The translations under genes were made by a program, and so were the position numbers. The notes below the pieces were generated by a model. That model did no database searches. It was not told where the DNA came from and worked only from the letters and a program-made list of their open reading frames with translations. Shown one piece after another: positions 1 to 13,929 of a stretch of DNA of 64,000 bases. Numbering within the stretch: position 1 is the first letter of the stretch; each line of letters opens with the position of its first letter. The stretch comes from Vicugna vicugna (Eukaryota), in contig PNXW01000517.1 of NCBI GenBank assembly GCA_013265495.1, forward strand, positions 1 through 64,000, written 5' to 3'.

Positions 1-2045
1 AAATTGGAAACATTGGTTTGGAGAGTTGTAGCCAGATATTTGGGGAAAAAAGAAGAATTCAGAATCCAGTCCAGTTTTATATACAGGAATATAAGAAAAC
101 CTCAAGATAACTAACAGAACTAGAATGTAATGTTTAAAAATATGCAGTTTTTCACTTTATATTTATTCCCATTTATTACCAAAACAGCCATGGTAAAACC
201 AATTTGTTTGCATTAAAGTTGGCCTGATTTTTTATATTAAGTGCACCAAGATTGTGATTAACCATATAAGATAGCTTTGCTGGAACCCTGCAGCCAAGCT
301 ACAAGTCTGACTTTTCCAAGTGGCTTTATTGGCAACATAAAGTCAATCGTAGTTTCTCAAAGCTGTTTGGTCATATCTGAGTTTATACATACCGCTCTCA
401 AATATGGCATTCCAGTCAAAGCCTTGATAATATACCCAGTGTTTCCAGTTGTGTCCTCTTACAAGGGGAACAGATTCAGATTAAACTTTTGCAAATAATT
501 AATTGTATTTGCATGAACACAATACTCAAGAGTTTCCAGATTCCAGAAGGATCAGTTTGGAACAAGAGTAGATGGCGCATCTTTGTTCATGAAAGTATAC
601 TTTTCCCAAATTGTCAAAAGTCACAGACAGCTTAAGAGAAAGTTTTTCTTCAATTTGGAAAGAGAGACTTTAAGAAATCAGCAATGTTTCAGACAAAACA
701 ACGTAAAAATGTAATTATCCTCCTTGGTCCATTTAGTCACATGTAATGAATACTTGTTCTGCTTGACTCCACTTTCTCCATTATTCGTTTCAATGAATTT
801 CCTTGAAAATAGAACAGTTTTTCAGGAACCCTTTTGCAAAAGAATGTGACAAAAACAATAACTCTGTCAATGACAAAGGCTTAAAATGCCCATTGTTAGA
901 GATCTGATGATAGAGATCTGAGTTCTTCGATAAAAAATGTAGTTGTTACTGTGATATGCAACATTTTAAGATGATAGTCAGAATTATGACTGATAATAAT
1001 ATATCAGGATATATAAAACTACTAAAAATTTCATATAATTTCTGGAACACATATGTATCTATACAAATACAGCATAAAGAAGGCTTAATATTACTTCTTA
1101 TTTGACAGTTATTCTCATGTAATTTTACATATCAAATAAGCCCCATTATTTTAACATCTTTATTTGAATAAGATGAAAGAAAATATCTTTTGAAATTTTA
1201 CAGGAGCCTTATGGAAAGTCGTAAAGTGAATTTGAGGACAAAAATATTTACTATTCCATTTTGGAAAGTTTATCAAGAATTATTAAAAGGGTTTCATACA
1301 CTTAGTCAAATAGAACCATAGGTCACTGTGAAAAAATACTTAGCTATCCATTCAATCATCATGACAAAGGTCTGGTAGGCAAACACAGAATGTTAAATAT
1401 TTTCTAAAAAACAAACACAAAAAACTTAGCCCTTTTCATAGAGAAGACTCAATTTTCTTAAGTAATTAAAGGCCCGATAAAACACAGGAAATTAATCTGA
1501 TAAAACCCACAATCTTTGCTTTTTAAGGAGGTTATAATTAAATTAAAAACTTGGCTTGCAATTTCTTGTTAAAAGCAGTTTAATAATCAAATAAAACACA
1601 CAGCGTCAAGGCCAAGGATGGACCATGTCTCATGATTCCCTGTATTTTTCACTTTCTGGAATGGATGAGACATCTGGGGTGGGCATGCCTGCTCCTCCGT
1701 AGATTCCTGCCAGTGGTAACAACTGACAAAAACAGCAGACACTCCCATCATTTTCCTGGTTTTGCATGATGGCATTCCCTTTATATTTATTCATTCTCCC
1801 TTCTTCAGGGCGAGAAACATGTGTGATTACAGAGGGTCTCATGCTCAGATAGTCCCCTTGCTTGCTTTAATCCTCTGTGTTTGCCAACTTGAAATTCTTA
1901 ATAATTTTATTTCTGAGTCTGCATGTAAGCAGAAGAGCTGCACTGGTGGCAGCATTAGCGTGCAGTTTTGGTCCAGCAGCAGGAATTGTAGATATTGGCA
2001 AAGGTACCAATTAGCCTGGCCTTTTCATGTGCACACAGACACAGT
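1..2045 (-). mobile_element. Decayed ERV1-like internal sequence abutting the truncated OR
   Basis: No long ORF; resembles non-coding ERV1 internal regions from memory; a possible degenerate Cys/His gag-knuckle remnant lies near 1680-1745; not homologous to the 3' flanks of the other OR2L copies. Boundaries approximate. Confidence 0.45.
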
Positions 2046-2837
2046 AGAGAGATCAGGGCACAGATAAGTGTAAACAAAGGGCACATAGTAGAAAGTCACC
2101 ACAGTGAGGTGGGCGCTGCAGGTTGAATAGGCCTTCTTCCTCCCTTCTGCTGAGCACATGCGGTAGACAGCAAGGAGAACGTGGCCGTAGGAACATGCAA
2201 TCCCAGTGAAAGGCAACAAAAGAAAGAGGCTGGTGCTCACAAACACGGTGTACTCATAGACCCACGTGTCCATGCAGGCCAGAGTCAGCATGGCTGGGAC
2301 ATCACAGAAGAAGTGATTGATGGCCCTGGACCTGCAGTAAGGGATGTGGAGGGCATACGTGGTGTGGGCACAGGAGTTGATAGAGCCCATTATCCAAGAT
2401 CCTGTCATCATCAACACACACACTCTTCTGCTGATCCTGATGGGATAGTGAAAAGGGAAGCAAATGGCCACATAACGATCGTAAGCCATAGAGACCAAGA
2501 GCAATCCTTCTGTACCTGCTATAGTCAAAAAGAAGAAGCTCTGAATCCCACACCCAATGAAGGAGATAGACTTGTTTCCAAACAGGAAGTTGGAGGCCAT
2601 TTTGGGGACAATGGTGGAGATGTAGGTCAGGTCCATGAAGGAGAGCTGACTAAGTAGGAAATACATGGGTGTGTGGAGATGGGTGTCCAGACAGATGAGA
2701 AGGAACACGGTGAGGTTGCTAAACAGAGCCACTAGGAAAATGAGAACAATGAGGATATAAAGAAACAGGCCAATTCCTGATGGTGGGAATAACCCCAATA
2801 AGATGAAATCAGTTGATGTTTTATTATAATTTTCCAT
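2025..2837 (-). pseudogene. OR2L-like olfactory receptor, 3'-truncated (270 aa, lacks TM7 and C-terminus)
   Basis: Has N-terminal NKT sequon, [30 protein letters not shown] and KAYSTCSAH motifs. Similarity to 20739-21677 ends after YTYLCP (~2050), followed by unrelated DLSTVSVCT*; no PMLNPxIY. Confidence 0.9.
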
Positions 2838-2857
2838 TGGGCATTGATGTAATTTTT

Positions 2858-2890
2858 CCTAAAGGCAAACACAAGAGTAAGTCAGTCAAG
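2858..2890 (-). promoter_or_regulatory. Splice acceptor of the OR coding exon
   Basis: Minus strand reads CTGACTTACTCTTGTGTTTGCCTTTAG|GAAAAATT, 21 nt before the ATG; conserved at 21701-21728. Confidence 0.6.
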
Positions 2891-3508
2891 TTTAAAGCAA
2901 GAAACTATATTTAAGTTAGTATTTTAGTCAGATTGTGTATTATTTAATAAGTTTCAGCTCTGAAATGAAAACTGGACTTACCATATTTGGAAAAAACTCA
3001 ACATTAGTTTTTGAGGCCAGGGTTTAAAAATTGTAAATGCAAACATTTTTGGACCAAGTGTTTGCCAAGAAATCTTACAGTTATTAAAAAAAGAATTATG
3101 ACAGCATTAGGATAAATATGTTTTAGTGTCCTACATAAACCCCAGTAACATCAAATCAGGGGTCATATGCAAAATATATTCATGAGAAATGAATATAATG
3201 CATACATTATAGAATTCTATTATGACTAAGTGTCTATTACCATTAAGGAATGACTTATCTTTCATATTTCAGCCCTCAGGTTTACCTCTAAAACGATTGC
3301 ACCCTGTCAGCTCATGTTGAGAATCTATTTTTCCTTCTTAGCCTTCTTTGTTCAAAGGTGTTGAAGCAAGCTTCTTTGAAGTCAGTTATTAATTTTGTCT
3401 GCCGTGAAATCTAAAGTGAATCCTTATTGTCAAGTATCATTTATAAAAATTCACTCTCTTCTGCCTCTTCAGTGAGTTTCTGAGTATGTAGTTAGAACCT
3501 TTCCCTGA

Positions 3509-3534
3509 GTGTGTGTGTGTGTGTGTGCGTGTGT
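3509..3534. repeat. (GT)n microsatellite
   Basis: gtgtgtgt run with one interruption. Confidence 0.9.
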
Positions 3535-5144
3535 ATTAAACACCACACTTATTGTAGATTTGATAAATCTGTGCAATTTCTTCCAAATAGACGTTTCATG
3601 TCTCTCTGCTTTGCTAACACAATAGGATGCACATTGCTTTATGGCACTTTGTCTTACTCATTTAACTTTTTTACCTTTTAGATTCTTGAAGGTTTTTTTT
3701 TCCAATTCTTGATTAGTGTAAATTTAAGCACATATACTTATAATCTCTCCCTGTTAAAACCTATCATGATGATAAAATATATATACCAGCTATAAATTAA
3801 GAGAGAGCAGATAAGCGTAAGGCACAATAAGAAATAAAATAGCTCAGAAACATTTGAAGGAATAAATTTGGACAAAGGAAAGGTCAGTCACTTAAAGAGG
3901 GAAAAAAGATGTCACCCAAGGAATCTTTTTCATGGAGATGGGAAAAGGAATTCTCCAGAGACACTGTAACTGAACAAGGTCTTCAAAGTATATAGTGTTT
4001 CAGTTGTAAATATTTTTATTAAACAAATATTAACAGGCTTTTAAAGAAGTGTGCAACATGAAAGAGGATGTGTGCACATACCCACACACACTCACACAAA
4101 AACACAAATACACATTCACACACACTTACAGACATACAGCGAGGTAAAATGATTGGAAACTGTATAAAAGGATGCATTATTTAAAAATAAGATTTGTTTA
4201 AGAGGTTTGAGACATTACCATTCTATAAGATAAGTATCACCAGAGCTATTAAAGAGTGTGTCAAGTAACAAAGGTTCTAGCAAATTAAAAAAATAATAAT
4301 AATAATTTTAAAAGATTAAATGAAACTTTTAAAGGCAACATGAAAGGTATCTACCAGAATTTTTAGAAAATGGACAGCAACAAAATAAAAGTTTTGTCGT
4401 TTTCAAACGGTAGGAGAATTAGAGAGTTAATATGAGAAACAATATACACTTATTTTTACTCCTAGAAATACATTTAGCAAAATGATAGAGTTAATAATAT
4501 CAAATTTAAAAATTTAAGTATTGATATGTATGAAATACCATATTCAAACAGCATGGACAGAACACAGAAAATTAAACAAGAAATATTTCCTTGAAAGAGG
4601 TTATCTTGAAATTTCTACGTGTCTTCCTGAGAACATTTTTTGAAAAGTGTCAATGTTACCTGTAAATACATGCTCCTAAAACTGTCTTTATGAAGAAAAT
4701 ATCAAAAATGAGAAGAATTATTTATACAGAAATACCAAGTAAAAGACCATCAGATTTTACAGTAATTTATATTTTTGTATTTTAGAAATGTGTACTAGCA
4801 GATGGATAAATGCCGTCAACTTAGCTACCACAGACACAAAGAGGAGGAAAGAGAAAAAGAAGTGGAGGTGGTTGTATGTGGAGGGGGAAGGTCTGCATTC
4901 ACCAGGGTGAGAGTAAGAATCAAAAGATGATATTTAATAATTAAGCTTGAGAAGATAAGCATATTGGTGAAAATACACAATTAAATACAAGGGGAAAATG
5001 TTAAAATAATACAAAACGTCTGCCTTGTGGATCAGGAGGAGTGAGTTATGAAACCATTGCTTGCCTTCTGGGCTGTGAGATTATGTTCATATTCCACTGG
5101 AATAAATTATTAAAGTGATGTAAAACTGATGTCACAGTTAAAAA

Positions 5145-5710
5145 CTGAAGTCATGACTAACATTATACTCATTTGTGAAGACTGAAAGCTTTTCTTTTAA
5201 GAGGAAGAAAAAAAGACAAGGATGTCCACTTTTGTCATTTCTAATTTACACAGTACTGGAAGTAAATTATCTTCATTTACAAGTGACATGATCTTACATG
5301 TAGAAAAATGTAGAGTTCACCAAAAATGAGTTAGCACTAGTAAACAAATTTAGCAAAGTTACAGGATACAAAATCACTTGTATTTCTATAAGATAATCAT
5401 ATACAATACTGAGAAGTATTTAATAAAGCAATTAGATTTACAATATCGTGAAAAAACTAAAATCCCTGGGAATAAACTTAACAAGGAAGACAAATAACTT
5501 CTTCACTAAAAATTATAAAATATTGCTGCAGTAAATCAAAAAGGCAAATAAATGGAAAAGTATTCTGAGCTCCTGGGTTGGAAAACTGTTTTGTGAAGAT
5601 TTCAATATTGCCATAAGCAAACAACTGGTGTAATGGAATGATTATCATAATGCCAGTGAGGGTTTTTTTTTGGCATAAATACAAAAATACATCCTAAAAT
5701 TCTTATGAAG
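5145..5710 (+). mobile_element. Old L1 ORF2 fragment, shared with the paralogous blocks
   Basis: 'cattatactcatttgtgaagactgaaagcttttc...gacaaggatgtccact' is typical L1 ORF2; same start point at ~23660 and ~59520. Confidence 0.75.
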
Positions 5711-6300
5711 TCTCGTGGTAATGAGAGCCAGTGGAACTTTGTTTTGTTTTTGTTTTTGTTTTTGTTTATCATGTTGCCGGGTTCTAGGATTCTGTCATTT
5801 GATATTACTTAAAAGACTTACATCTGCCAGGGAAGCAATCTTAACTGTTGGATAACAGTCTTGAATATTTCAAGGTCTAAATTGAAGAAGCCTTTTTTTT
5901 CTGAGTTAAAAAATAAATCCAAATTGTTTAATGTTCTCTTTTATTGTGGTTTTACCCACTGGAACAACAATAAATAACCTATTTCAATTTATACAACATT
6001 TTCAATCTCATTGATATTTTTAAATTATTTTAAAAGATTGTAGCCCATGTATCAGAATTAATGACATTATCTATAAGAGGAAAAGAGGTAGCAGAAAAAA
6101 ATTCTGATGATGGGTTTTTGATGAGGGAAAAAAATGCAAGCCTTGAATCTGGACCTTATCCTACATGGAAGATGAACTGAAGGTGTAAACTTCTGTTGAC
6201 CATCTCTATAGGTTGGCACGTAGAATGTGTCAGGATATGTTCCAAGATTAAATTGTATTTGTTCTTGATCACTATCTCTTGAGCTTGAAATCACAACTGA

Positions 6301-6354
6301 CACTTTATAAATAACACAATTGAGATTCACTTTATAAATAACACAATTGAGATT
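6301..6354. repeat. 27-bp perfect tandem duplication
   Basis: cactttataaataacacaattgagatt x2. Confidence 0.9.
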
Positions 6355-8739
6355 CAGATATTTAAAGTGACTTTGACTTAAAATTATAGAGTGTTGGATT
6401 CCCAGCTTGCACTATCTACCTGTCAAATGATGGATCTATGTATGTAAATGCATTCTTTATCTATTATACTTTAAAATAATTATCTCTAAAATAGTAAATA
6501 TTTTAAAGTAATGAATCTGAAATAAGGGTGGGTCACTTTTTATTCACCAACACAAAAAGAAGGTAATGAAAAGTAAGAAATGAAAGAAAAAAGAAATAGA
6601 AGTTATTAAAATAGAAACGCTACATAGGTGTAGAAAGCCAAGAATGTATGTGAAACATTTCTTGAAACACAAATAAAGTTTCTTAAAATACAAATATAAA
6701 AAAGGTCTTTCACAATCCTTATTCAGAATTTGTATCATTAAGCGTTAGCTTTATTCCAGTTTCACTTGAGCACATCCAAAGCATCTTTCAAGACCTTTGC
6801 ATTCAGAATTAGCTCCAAAAATAATTTATCTATTTCATACTTTACCATTTTTGCTGAACAGTATAGTAAAAAAAATGCAGCCACTGGCTGTACCTCAAAC
6901 TTCATTGACAGTCTTCTGTCCCTTAACCAACTCTTACATATAGAACAACACACACTTCCTGAACTGATTACTTTAACTCAAGAATGGCTTCAATACAAAC
7001 CATAATGAGAACTATAAGAGAGTCAGTCCGTATGTAATTGCACAGTGTGGTTGTATGAAAGCATCTCTACTCCTAGGGAATATGATGGCATTACATACAC
7101 AGTTTTAAAGCATCCTCTATGTGTTGCATCTTTCCCATTTCCAGAGGATAGATCACAGGCTGAGGGAGCAATGAATCATCTCTTCTTTTTTTTCAAAAAA
7201 ATGTTTATCCTTCAACTTCCTTTTTTTTCTATAAATGTCTTGGTTCAATTAAGGGCGAATAAATTCTTCTCCTAATTGAAGTACCATTTTAACTCATATA
7301 AATATTTATTATATGCTTTATCATGGAATATCATAATTGTATTCAGCTATATTTCAGAATGTGGTATAGTTGAAGGCAGGCCCATTCACTATAAGTCCAG
7401 GACATTAGTACATGGACAATATAACCAGTTGCCTATGTTATCAGTTTTGCTGTTTTAATCTAAGTTTATAATCAATCATTCACAATTAGATCAAATCTTA
7501 ATTCAATAATAACATGTCTTGGGTATAAAAGAACTTCAAGTCTTAAGATACATGAATATGTGTTTGAGAAATCCATCTTTTTTACTTTTAAGGATACATA
7601 TTTTAGTATAAATTATTTCTATATCTAGTTTAAAACAACTTCAGTCAAATAAAGTCATTTTTTTTTTGGAGTTTCCTGGCTAATAGAGATTCCTGGATGT
7701 ATTCGTTCTTATTACAAACAGAAGTACTTCATTCTGAATAAATTTCCCTTAAGCCATTGCAGTGGAATTGCTCCTCTTCTGTGGTGAATAAAAATAAAAA
7801 TACCATTAGGATTACTACCTTTTATTATATCCGCACTTTCACACACTCACTGGTTTGATTAGCTGACAGAAGTCCAATGGACATCATGTAATCAAAGTCA
7901 TTTTCTGAGTAAACGTCTTTGAAAATTTTCTAAATGAATGTACATGTTAATATTTTACCTCTAGAGTTGACATTTTTAAATACCTCCATGGAAACTCAGG
8001 AGCAAAATGATTATAGGACTTCTTTGCCTGCAGATTTATTCTAATGCTTTTGTTTTGTTTTGTTTTGTTTTGTATTCACTTAGGAATGTCCACTGAGATT
8101 TAGCCAATGTAAGTTAAGTCACTAATAGCTCACGATGGCCAGAAGCCAAAGTTGAGGGTGGAGTTTTGACAACTTCTAGAGGCATTTTCTCAGGTGTGTT
8201 AAGGGTCAGTTCAGTGGGGAAAGAAGCAAATTATTTAATCAGCTTTTTCCCATACTATGTCTCTAAACTTTTTGGATCATATATTTTATATGTTGTTCAA
8301 TTAATATATATTCATGATACGTTTGCAAGTATTAATGTATATCTCAGTTTTGATTATACTGGTCAAAGTTTAATAAGATAAATATAATATAATTAGTTTA
8401 ATAAAAAACATACAAGCAAAAATTCTTCAAGTGTCAAATATATGGGCGTGATCTTTAATTTATTTTAGGTGTTCCATATTTTCCATTCAGTTGAAAATAC
8501 ATATTTCTTTATAAAACAATTTTCACTTATTACACTAAACAAAGAAAATATTACTAACTTTGATGAAAGATTTAGAACATATCCAACAAAGCAAACTTAC
8601 TGAGAAAATACTTTAAATGTTCTTATATTCCTCATAGTTTCCAGTAAGTGAATTAATTGTGCCATTTACTTGTGAGAGTAATACAGGTGCCTTTTAAATT
8701 TTTAAAAACTGAATTAAAATTACTTGAATCATTTGTTAT

Positions 8740-9830
8740 AATATGTTTCAAGGAAGATTTTTTTTTCTTCAATTTATTTTGAGTTCTTTGGTCTTCATGG
8801 GTCTCGATGTTCATTTCCCGCCTCAGATTTGGGAAGTTGGTGTCATTATTATTTGAAATAAGCTTTCTGTCCCCTTTCTCTTTGTCTGCTTCTTCTGCAA
8901 TCCCCATAAAGCATATGTTGTTTGTTTACAATATCCCACAAATTCTATGACAATTTTCCACTCTTTGGTGCTCTGGATTTTTTGATCCTCTGTCTGGATA
9001 AGTTCAAATATTCTTGAGCTCACTCGCTGTTTCTTTGACTTGATCATGTCTATTGTTTATCAATTTTTCAGTTCAGTCACTGTGTCCTTCAGTCCTAGAA
9101 TTTTTATTTGCTTTTTTTAAAGATATCAAGTTTGTTCTTGAATGTCTCATTTTGTTCAAACATTGATTCTCTGATATTATTTAGTTTTCTGTGTTTTCTT
9201 ATAGCTCCATAAATTTCTTTAAGATAAATATTCTGAACTGTGTCAGGCAGTTTTTAGATCTCCATTTCCTTAAGATCAATTGCTTGTGCATTATTTTGTC
9301 ATTTGGTCATGTCATATTCTTCTGTCCCTTGTGAAACTTTGATTCTTGAATTGGTGTTTTCATATTTGAAGAGGAAGTCACAATTTCTAGTCTTTATATG
9401 TTAGATTTGATAGGAACAGCCTTGAATTAATAAGCCCAGTTAGAAAATTTGCACAGACTAGTAGGCAAGTAACATGCTCAGGTTTGCTCAGAGGGTCCAT
9501 GGGTCAGTGGGCTTGATGTTTGTGTCTGTATTAAAATTGGATGCTCACTTGCCCTTCTTTTCCTCACGAGAGAGCACTAAAGAGAAATAAATCTCTCTGT
9601 GTCCTGTGCTTCATGGCACTGGGGAAGGAGTGACTCAGGTAGAGTAAACTGTCCTTTCTACCCACTTCAATGTGTCTTATCTCAATTCTGTGCTCCACCT
9701 GAGGGCTGTAACCTCTCATCTGGAATCCAGAGCTCTCCTGAATGTATGTTTTTGCATGATTAAGTCTTTATATCCGTGTTTCTGTGAAGGGATGCAGGCT
9801 GTAATCTTTTATTCCAACATCTTTCTGACA
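8740..9830 (-). mobile_element. Old L1 ORF1/5' region fragment
   Basis: Minus-strand ORFs read like degenerate ORF1p (NFPNLRREMNIETHEDQRTQNK; RIFELIQTEDQK). Confidence 0.75.
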
Positions 9831-11948
9831 CAATAGCCATGAATGAACAAAATGAGGAGTACTAAGCCAGTCCCACACAGCCCATTCCCTGCCCCAGCAA
9901 ACCTATGGGATAATTTGATTCTAAAGTAACTATTTTCTGACCATTACAATGATAATTTTTTATTTTTTTAAAAGGGGGGGGAAGCTTGATGGAGTGATAG
10001 TAAAAAACGTTGGCTACAATATGTAGAGAACATGTTTTATTAGAAGGACTATTGGGATCTATGGAAACGGAGAGGAAGGATACAGTGTCCTTATGTAAAT
10101 GGCATCTGATTCCAAATTTGAGAACAGTGAGGAATGTGAATAATGCAGTCAAAGAAATTTATGTGAGGAAAGTGGATCTTATTTTGAAGATGTGTGCAAG
10201 TATCTACCTGATGCAGTTATGAGTTATCACCATTTGTTCAGACAACTGCCTTCAGTTTAGCATGAAGAGGACATAAATGTTTAGGTAGGAGCATGGGCTG
10301 CATGATACTGCAGACACAGGAATGCAACAACTGAAAGGAGGAGATAACTTGCCATAAAAGGGAAGGTAACATCATTAATATGTATGTTGACTAGGTAACT
10401 CCAAGAGAAATTTCAAGACAGTCTGGAGTTAAAAAGAAATATTAGAATAACAGAGTCTTGTACTGGGAGACTGCAGTCATAGAAACAAGTCATCCCCATT
10501 TTCTCCTAGACTGTGACACTAAATGACAATGGCAGTTGAGATCCCCCCATAGAAAGACCACCATTCCAGAAACTTTAGAAGTGTTAGGAACTTTGAGATG
10601 TCCAAGGAGGTGGGAGATTTTCCTGTGTGCCACATTATGTTCATTACTGAATTGTAGAGATGGCTTTTCTACAAGCACTGGGCCACATTAGATCACCAGG
10701 TCCTCGAGATACCAATGCTTGTCCACTCCTTCACAAATTCATGATAGGCACTCTCCCTCTGTCTCTATCTGTCTCTGGCTCTCCCTCTCTCTATATATAT
10801 ATGTATATATATGCCCATCTCTATCTCTTTCTTTAATGTCTCTCTCTGGTAATTCAGTGTATCTATAGAAACAGAGTCATACAAGTTCTTTCTGGACTAA
10901 CCAAAGAATAAAGACCAACCAAACCACTTTTACTTTTTCCACTTCTTATGTCCTTTTCCCCAGACACTGTACCTAAAACCATCTTCTGACATATCCTTTT
11001 AGCTTAGTGATAATAAGCAAGTTCATAAGTGAATGAGAGGTCACTGGACTCTTAGTTAATTAGAAAGTCTAGAACAAACATATCATTTTTTTATGTGTTC
11101 TCTTTTGACATTTCTTGGAGAGCAAACACTTCAGTATCTATGAAAGAACCCAAGTTCTCACTTCCTTGCTTGACTTAAGCTATAGCGAAAATATATGCCT
11201 ACACTATGCGTTAAATTCTTTATTTCTAAGAATATGGGTACAACACAAATACATTTATGAAGCTTTGGGAGGAGCTCATAGTATTATTCTGATTTTATAA
11301 ATGGTATCTCCAATGGGCAATAGTGGCTTCTTCACAAGATCCATTCACAGGCTGATATTGGACATTCCTCAGGATTGCAGAGTCTTCAGACATACTTCAC
11401 CTCCATTTCTGGAGATTTTATAAGTCTTTCACTATTTTTATAATTATATTATCAATTTAATTTGGGTAGAATTAATTTCTTTTTCCTGTTAAGAAACCTA
11501 GCGGATTATATTAGATTCCAAATCCCATTTTGATTCAGTTGGAAAATCTTGCTAGAAAACACTCTAGTAAGAAAGAGTGAGGACATGGATTAAGGCAGTA
11601 ATTATAAGGATTTAGGAGGACAGATCTTAAAAGTTTCAAGTAGAAAGCATTGAAATTATTTATGATTGATTGATCTCTCCAAGGGAAGATCAAAATATTT
11701 GTGAAATATTTCCCCACAATGTATGATGCGCTTAGCATGAATTTAGCCATTGGTTTTAAGCAGCAATTATCTTTGTTCTTTTTTAACATTTTTATTCTTA
11801 ATAATATTGTGTTACAATTTTTCCAAGTTTTAGAGTGATGCAGTTGTGAGGTGAGGTAAATCTTTTGACAGCAAGCAACTATTATGTTTTTCCAGATTAT
11901 TATAACATTAACATTGGTTCCTTGGGATGTAAAATTCTACATAATATA

Positions 11949-12100
11949 GGGGGAGGGTATAGCTTAAGTGGTAAAATACATGTTTAGCATGCAGGAGGTC
12001 CTGGGATCAATCCCCAGTACCACCTCTAAAAATAAAGAAGTAAATCTAATTACCTCCCCCTCCAAGAAATTTAAAAACCTTTAAAAATTTTTTTAAAAAG
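11949..12100 (+). mobile_element. tRNA-derived SINE, Vic-1-like (camelid)
   Basis: GGGGGAGGGTATAGCTTAAGTGGT...GGTCCTGGGATCAATCCCCAGTACC head with A/B boxes, A-rich tail, imperfect TSD aaaattctacataatata / aaaactctatgtaatata; absent from the paralog at ~32215. Confidence 0.8.
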
Positions 12101-12269
12101 AAAAACTCTATGTAATATAAATTTGAAAGGAAAAAAGTTATAACCAATTGCCATTCTATAATTCAAGAGATTAATCAGTTAGCACTCTAGTAAACAATAA
12201 ATATTTAATCAACATGAGCCTAAAAATATCAAAATTTATATCATTTCTTTCAAATTTCTCTCACTGTTG

Positions 12270-12512
12270 TTGGAATGTAACATTCCAACAGTGTAATTGA
12301 CACATTCATTTTGAAAACCAGTATGACAGTTCCACAAAGACTTAAAAACAGATGATGTGATCTAGAAATCTCCTTTCCTATTATAAATCCAAAAGAAGTG
12401 AAATCACTAGCAAAAAGTATCTTATCTCCCATGTTCAATGCCACACTATTTGTAATAGCCAAAACCTGGAAATCACTGATCTATCTGCGGATAGTGGATA
12501 AAGAAAATGTGC

Positions 12513-12549
<37 letters not shown>

Positions 12550-13040
12550 ATATTACTCAGCCTTATAAAAGAAGGAAATCTTGTCACTGCGACCACATGG
12601 ATGAACCTAGAGGGCATTAGGATAAGTTCTGTATAAAGCAGTCACAGAAAGACCAACACAGCTTGATATAACTTATATATGGAAGGCAAAAAAGTTAAAC
12701 TCTTAGAAACAGAATGTAGGATGCTGTTTACCAGGGGCTGGGGGATGAGGAATCTGAGGAAATTTTAGTCAAAGGATACAAAGTTTTAGATACACAGGAT
12801 GTAAATTTCCTGGAGCTCTAATGTAGAAGCAGGTGACTTTCTCTATCACGTATTTGAAAATTGCTGAGAAAGTAGATCTTAACTGTTCTCATCAGGAAAA
12901 AAATACATAACTATGTAAGGTAATAGACATGTTAACTAGTTTGAGTGTGAAGATTTCACAATATATAGGTATAGCAAATCATCACACTGTACACTTTATA
13001 TATACAATTTTACTTGTTATACCTCAATAAAACTGAAAAA
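12270..13040 (+). mobile_element. L1M 3' end with an internal (TA)n
   Basis: L1 3'UTR motifs (gtggataaagaaaatgtg; acatggatgaacctagagggcatta; tacctcaataaa); paralog at 32360-33025. Confidence 0.8.
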
Positions 13041-13466
13041 GTGTACGTTAATATACAAATAAAATATTATTCTGTTTCCAATTAGATCATGTCCATCCTA
13101 AATTATTTATTGTGTTTTGATCCTAATATTGTGAGATAGAAAGTTATTATAGAATTGGTATGCTGAAAGATATCAATAGTTTAGAAATTCTTATTTTTAT
13201 TTACACATAATAGTAAAACATTTTGCCCTGGAATTAATTGCAAATATATTTATTTCATACTTAAGGCCAAAAAAAAAAAAAGGATTACAAATAAAAATAA
13301 AAATAATGTTTTAGAATATAAATTTATTATATAAAATTTAACTTTTTAATTTTCTGGGTTAGTTTCAGTTCCTTCACTGTAGTTATGAAATACTATTTTT
13401 ATTCATGATTACACAAAGCTGAATTTACTTGTAACTGAGGCCTGGGGACTAAGGCAGATAGTATGC

Positions 13467-13925
13467 CTACATTTTTATAGAACAGATTTTATTAATCTCT
13501 TTTCTCAGGACCCAGATCACGTCTTTTTTTCTCAGGGTATAGATGATAGGGTCCAGCACTGAGCTCAGGGTGGATAATGTAATCAGTGGGCCTAGAGTAG
13601 ACAGTCCGCACAGTGAGGTGGGTGCTGCAGTTTGAACAAGCCTTCTTCCTCCCTTTTACTGAGTGCACATGATAGATTACAAGGAGAATACAGCCATTGG
13701 AATATGCAATACCAAAAAAAGGCAACATAAGGAAGGGGTGGTGCTCAGAAACACTATGTACTCATTGATCCAGGTGTCTCTTCAGGCCAGCATCAACATG
13801 GCTGGGACATCACAGAAGAAATGGTTAATGACCCTGGACTGTCAATAAGAGTAATGAAGGACTTAACAATTATAGGCCCAGGAAGTGATAGCAACCATTA
13901 CCATAAGAATACACACTTTCATTTT
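13467..13925 (-). pseudogene. Decayed OR2L-like fragment (TM4 to C-terminus)
   Basis: Remnants HFFCDVPAMLMLA, EYIVFLSTT, GRKKACSNCSTHLTV, ending KICSIKM*; stops, frameshifts and deletions; 5' half replaced by ERV-like sequence. Confidence 0.85.
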
Positions 13926-13929
13926 TATT

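Noticed and set aside
2181..2657. 158-aa plus-strand ORF and similar ORFs at 21153, 35646, 45100-45820 and 57188
   Set aside because: Antisense shadows of OR coding sequence; they recur only because the ORs are paralogous.
11949..12025. tRNA gene
   Set aside because: Degenerate, with A-rich tail and TSD; it is a SINE (same for 15873).
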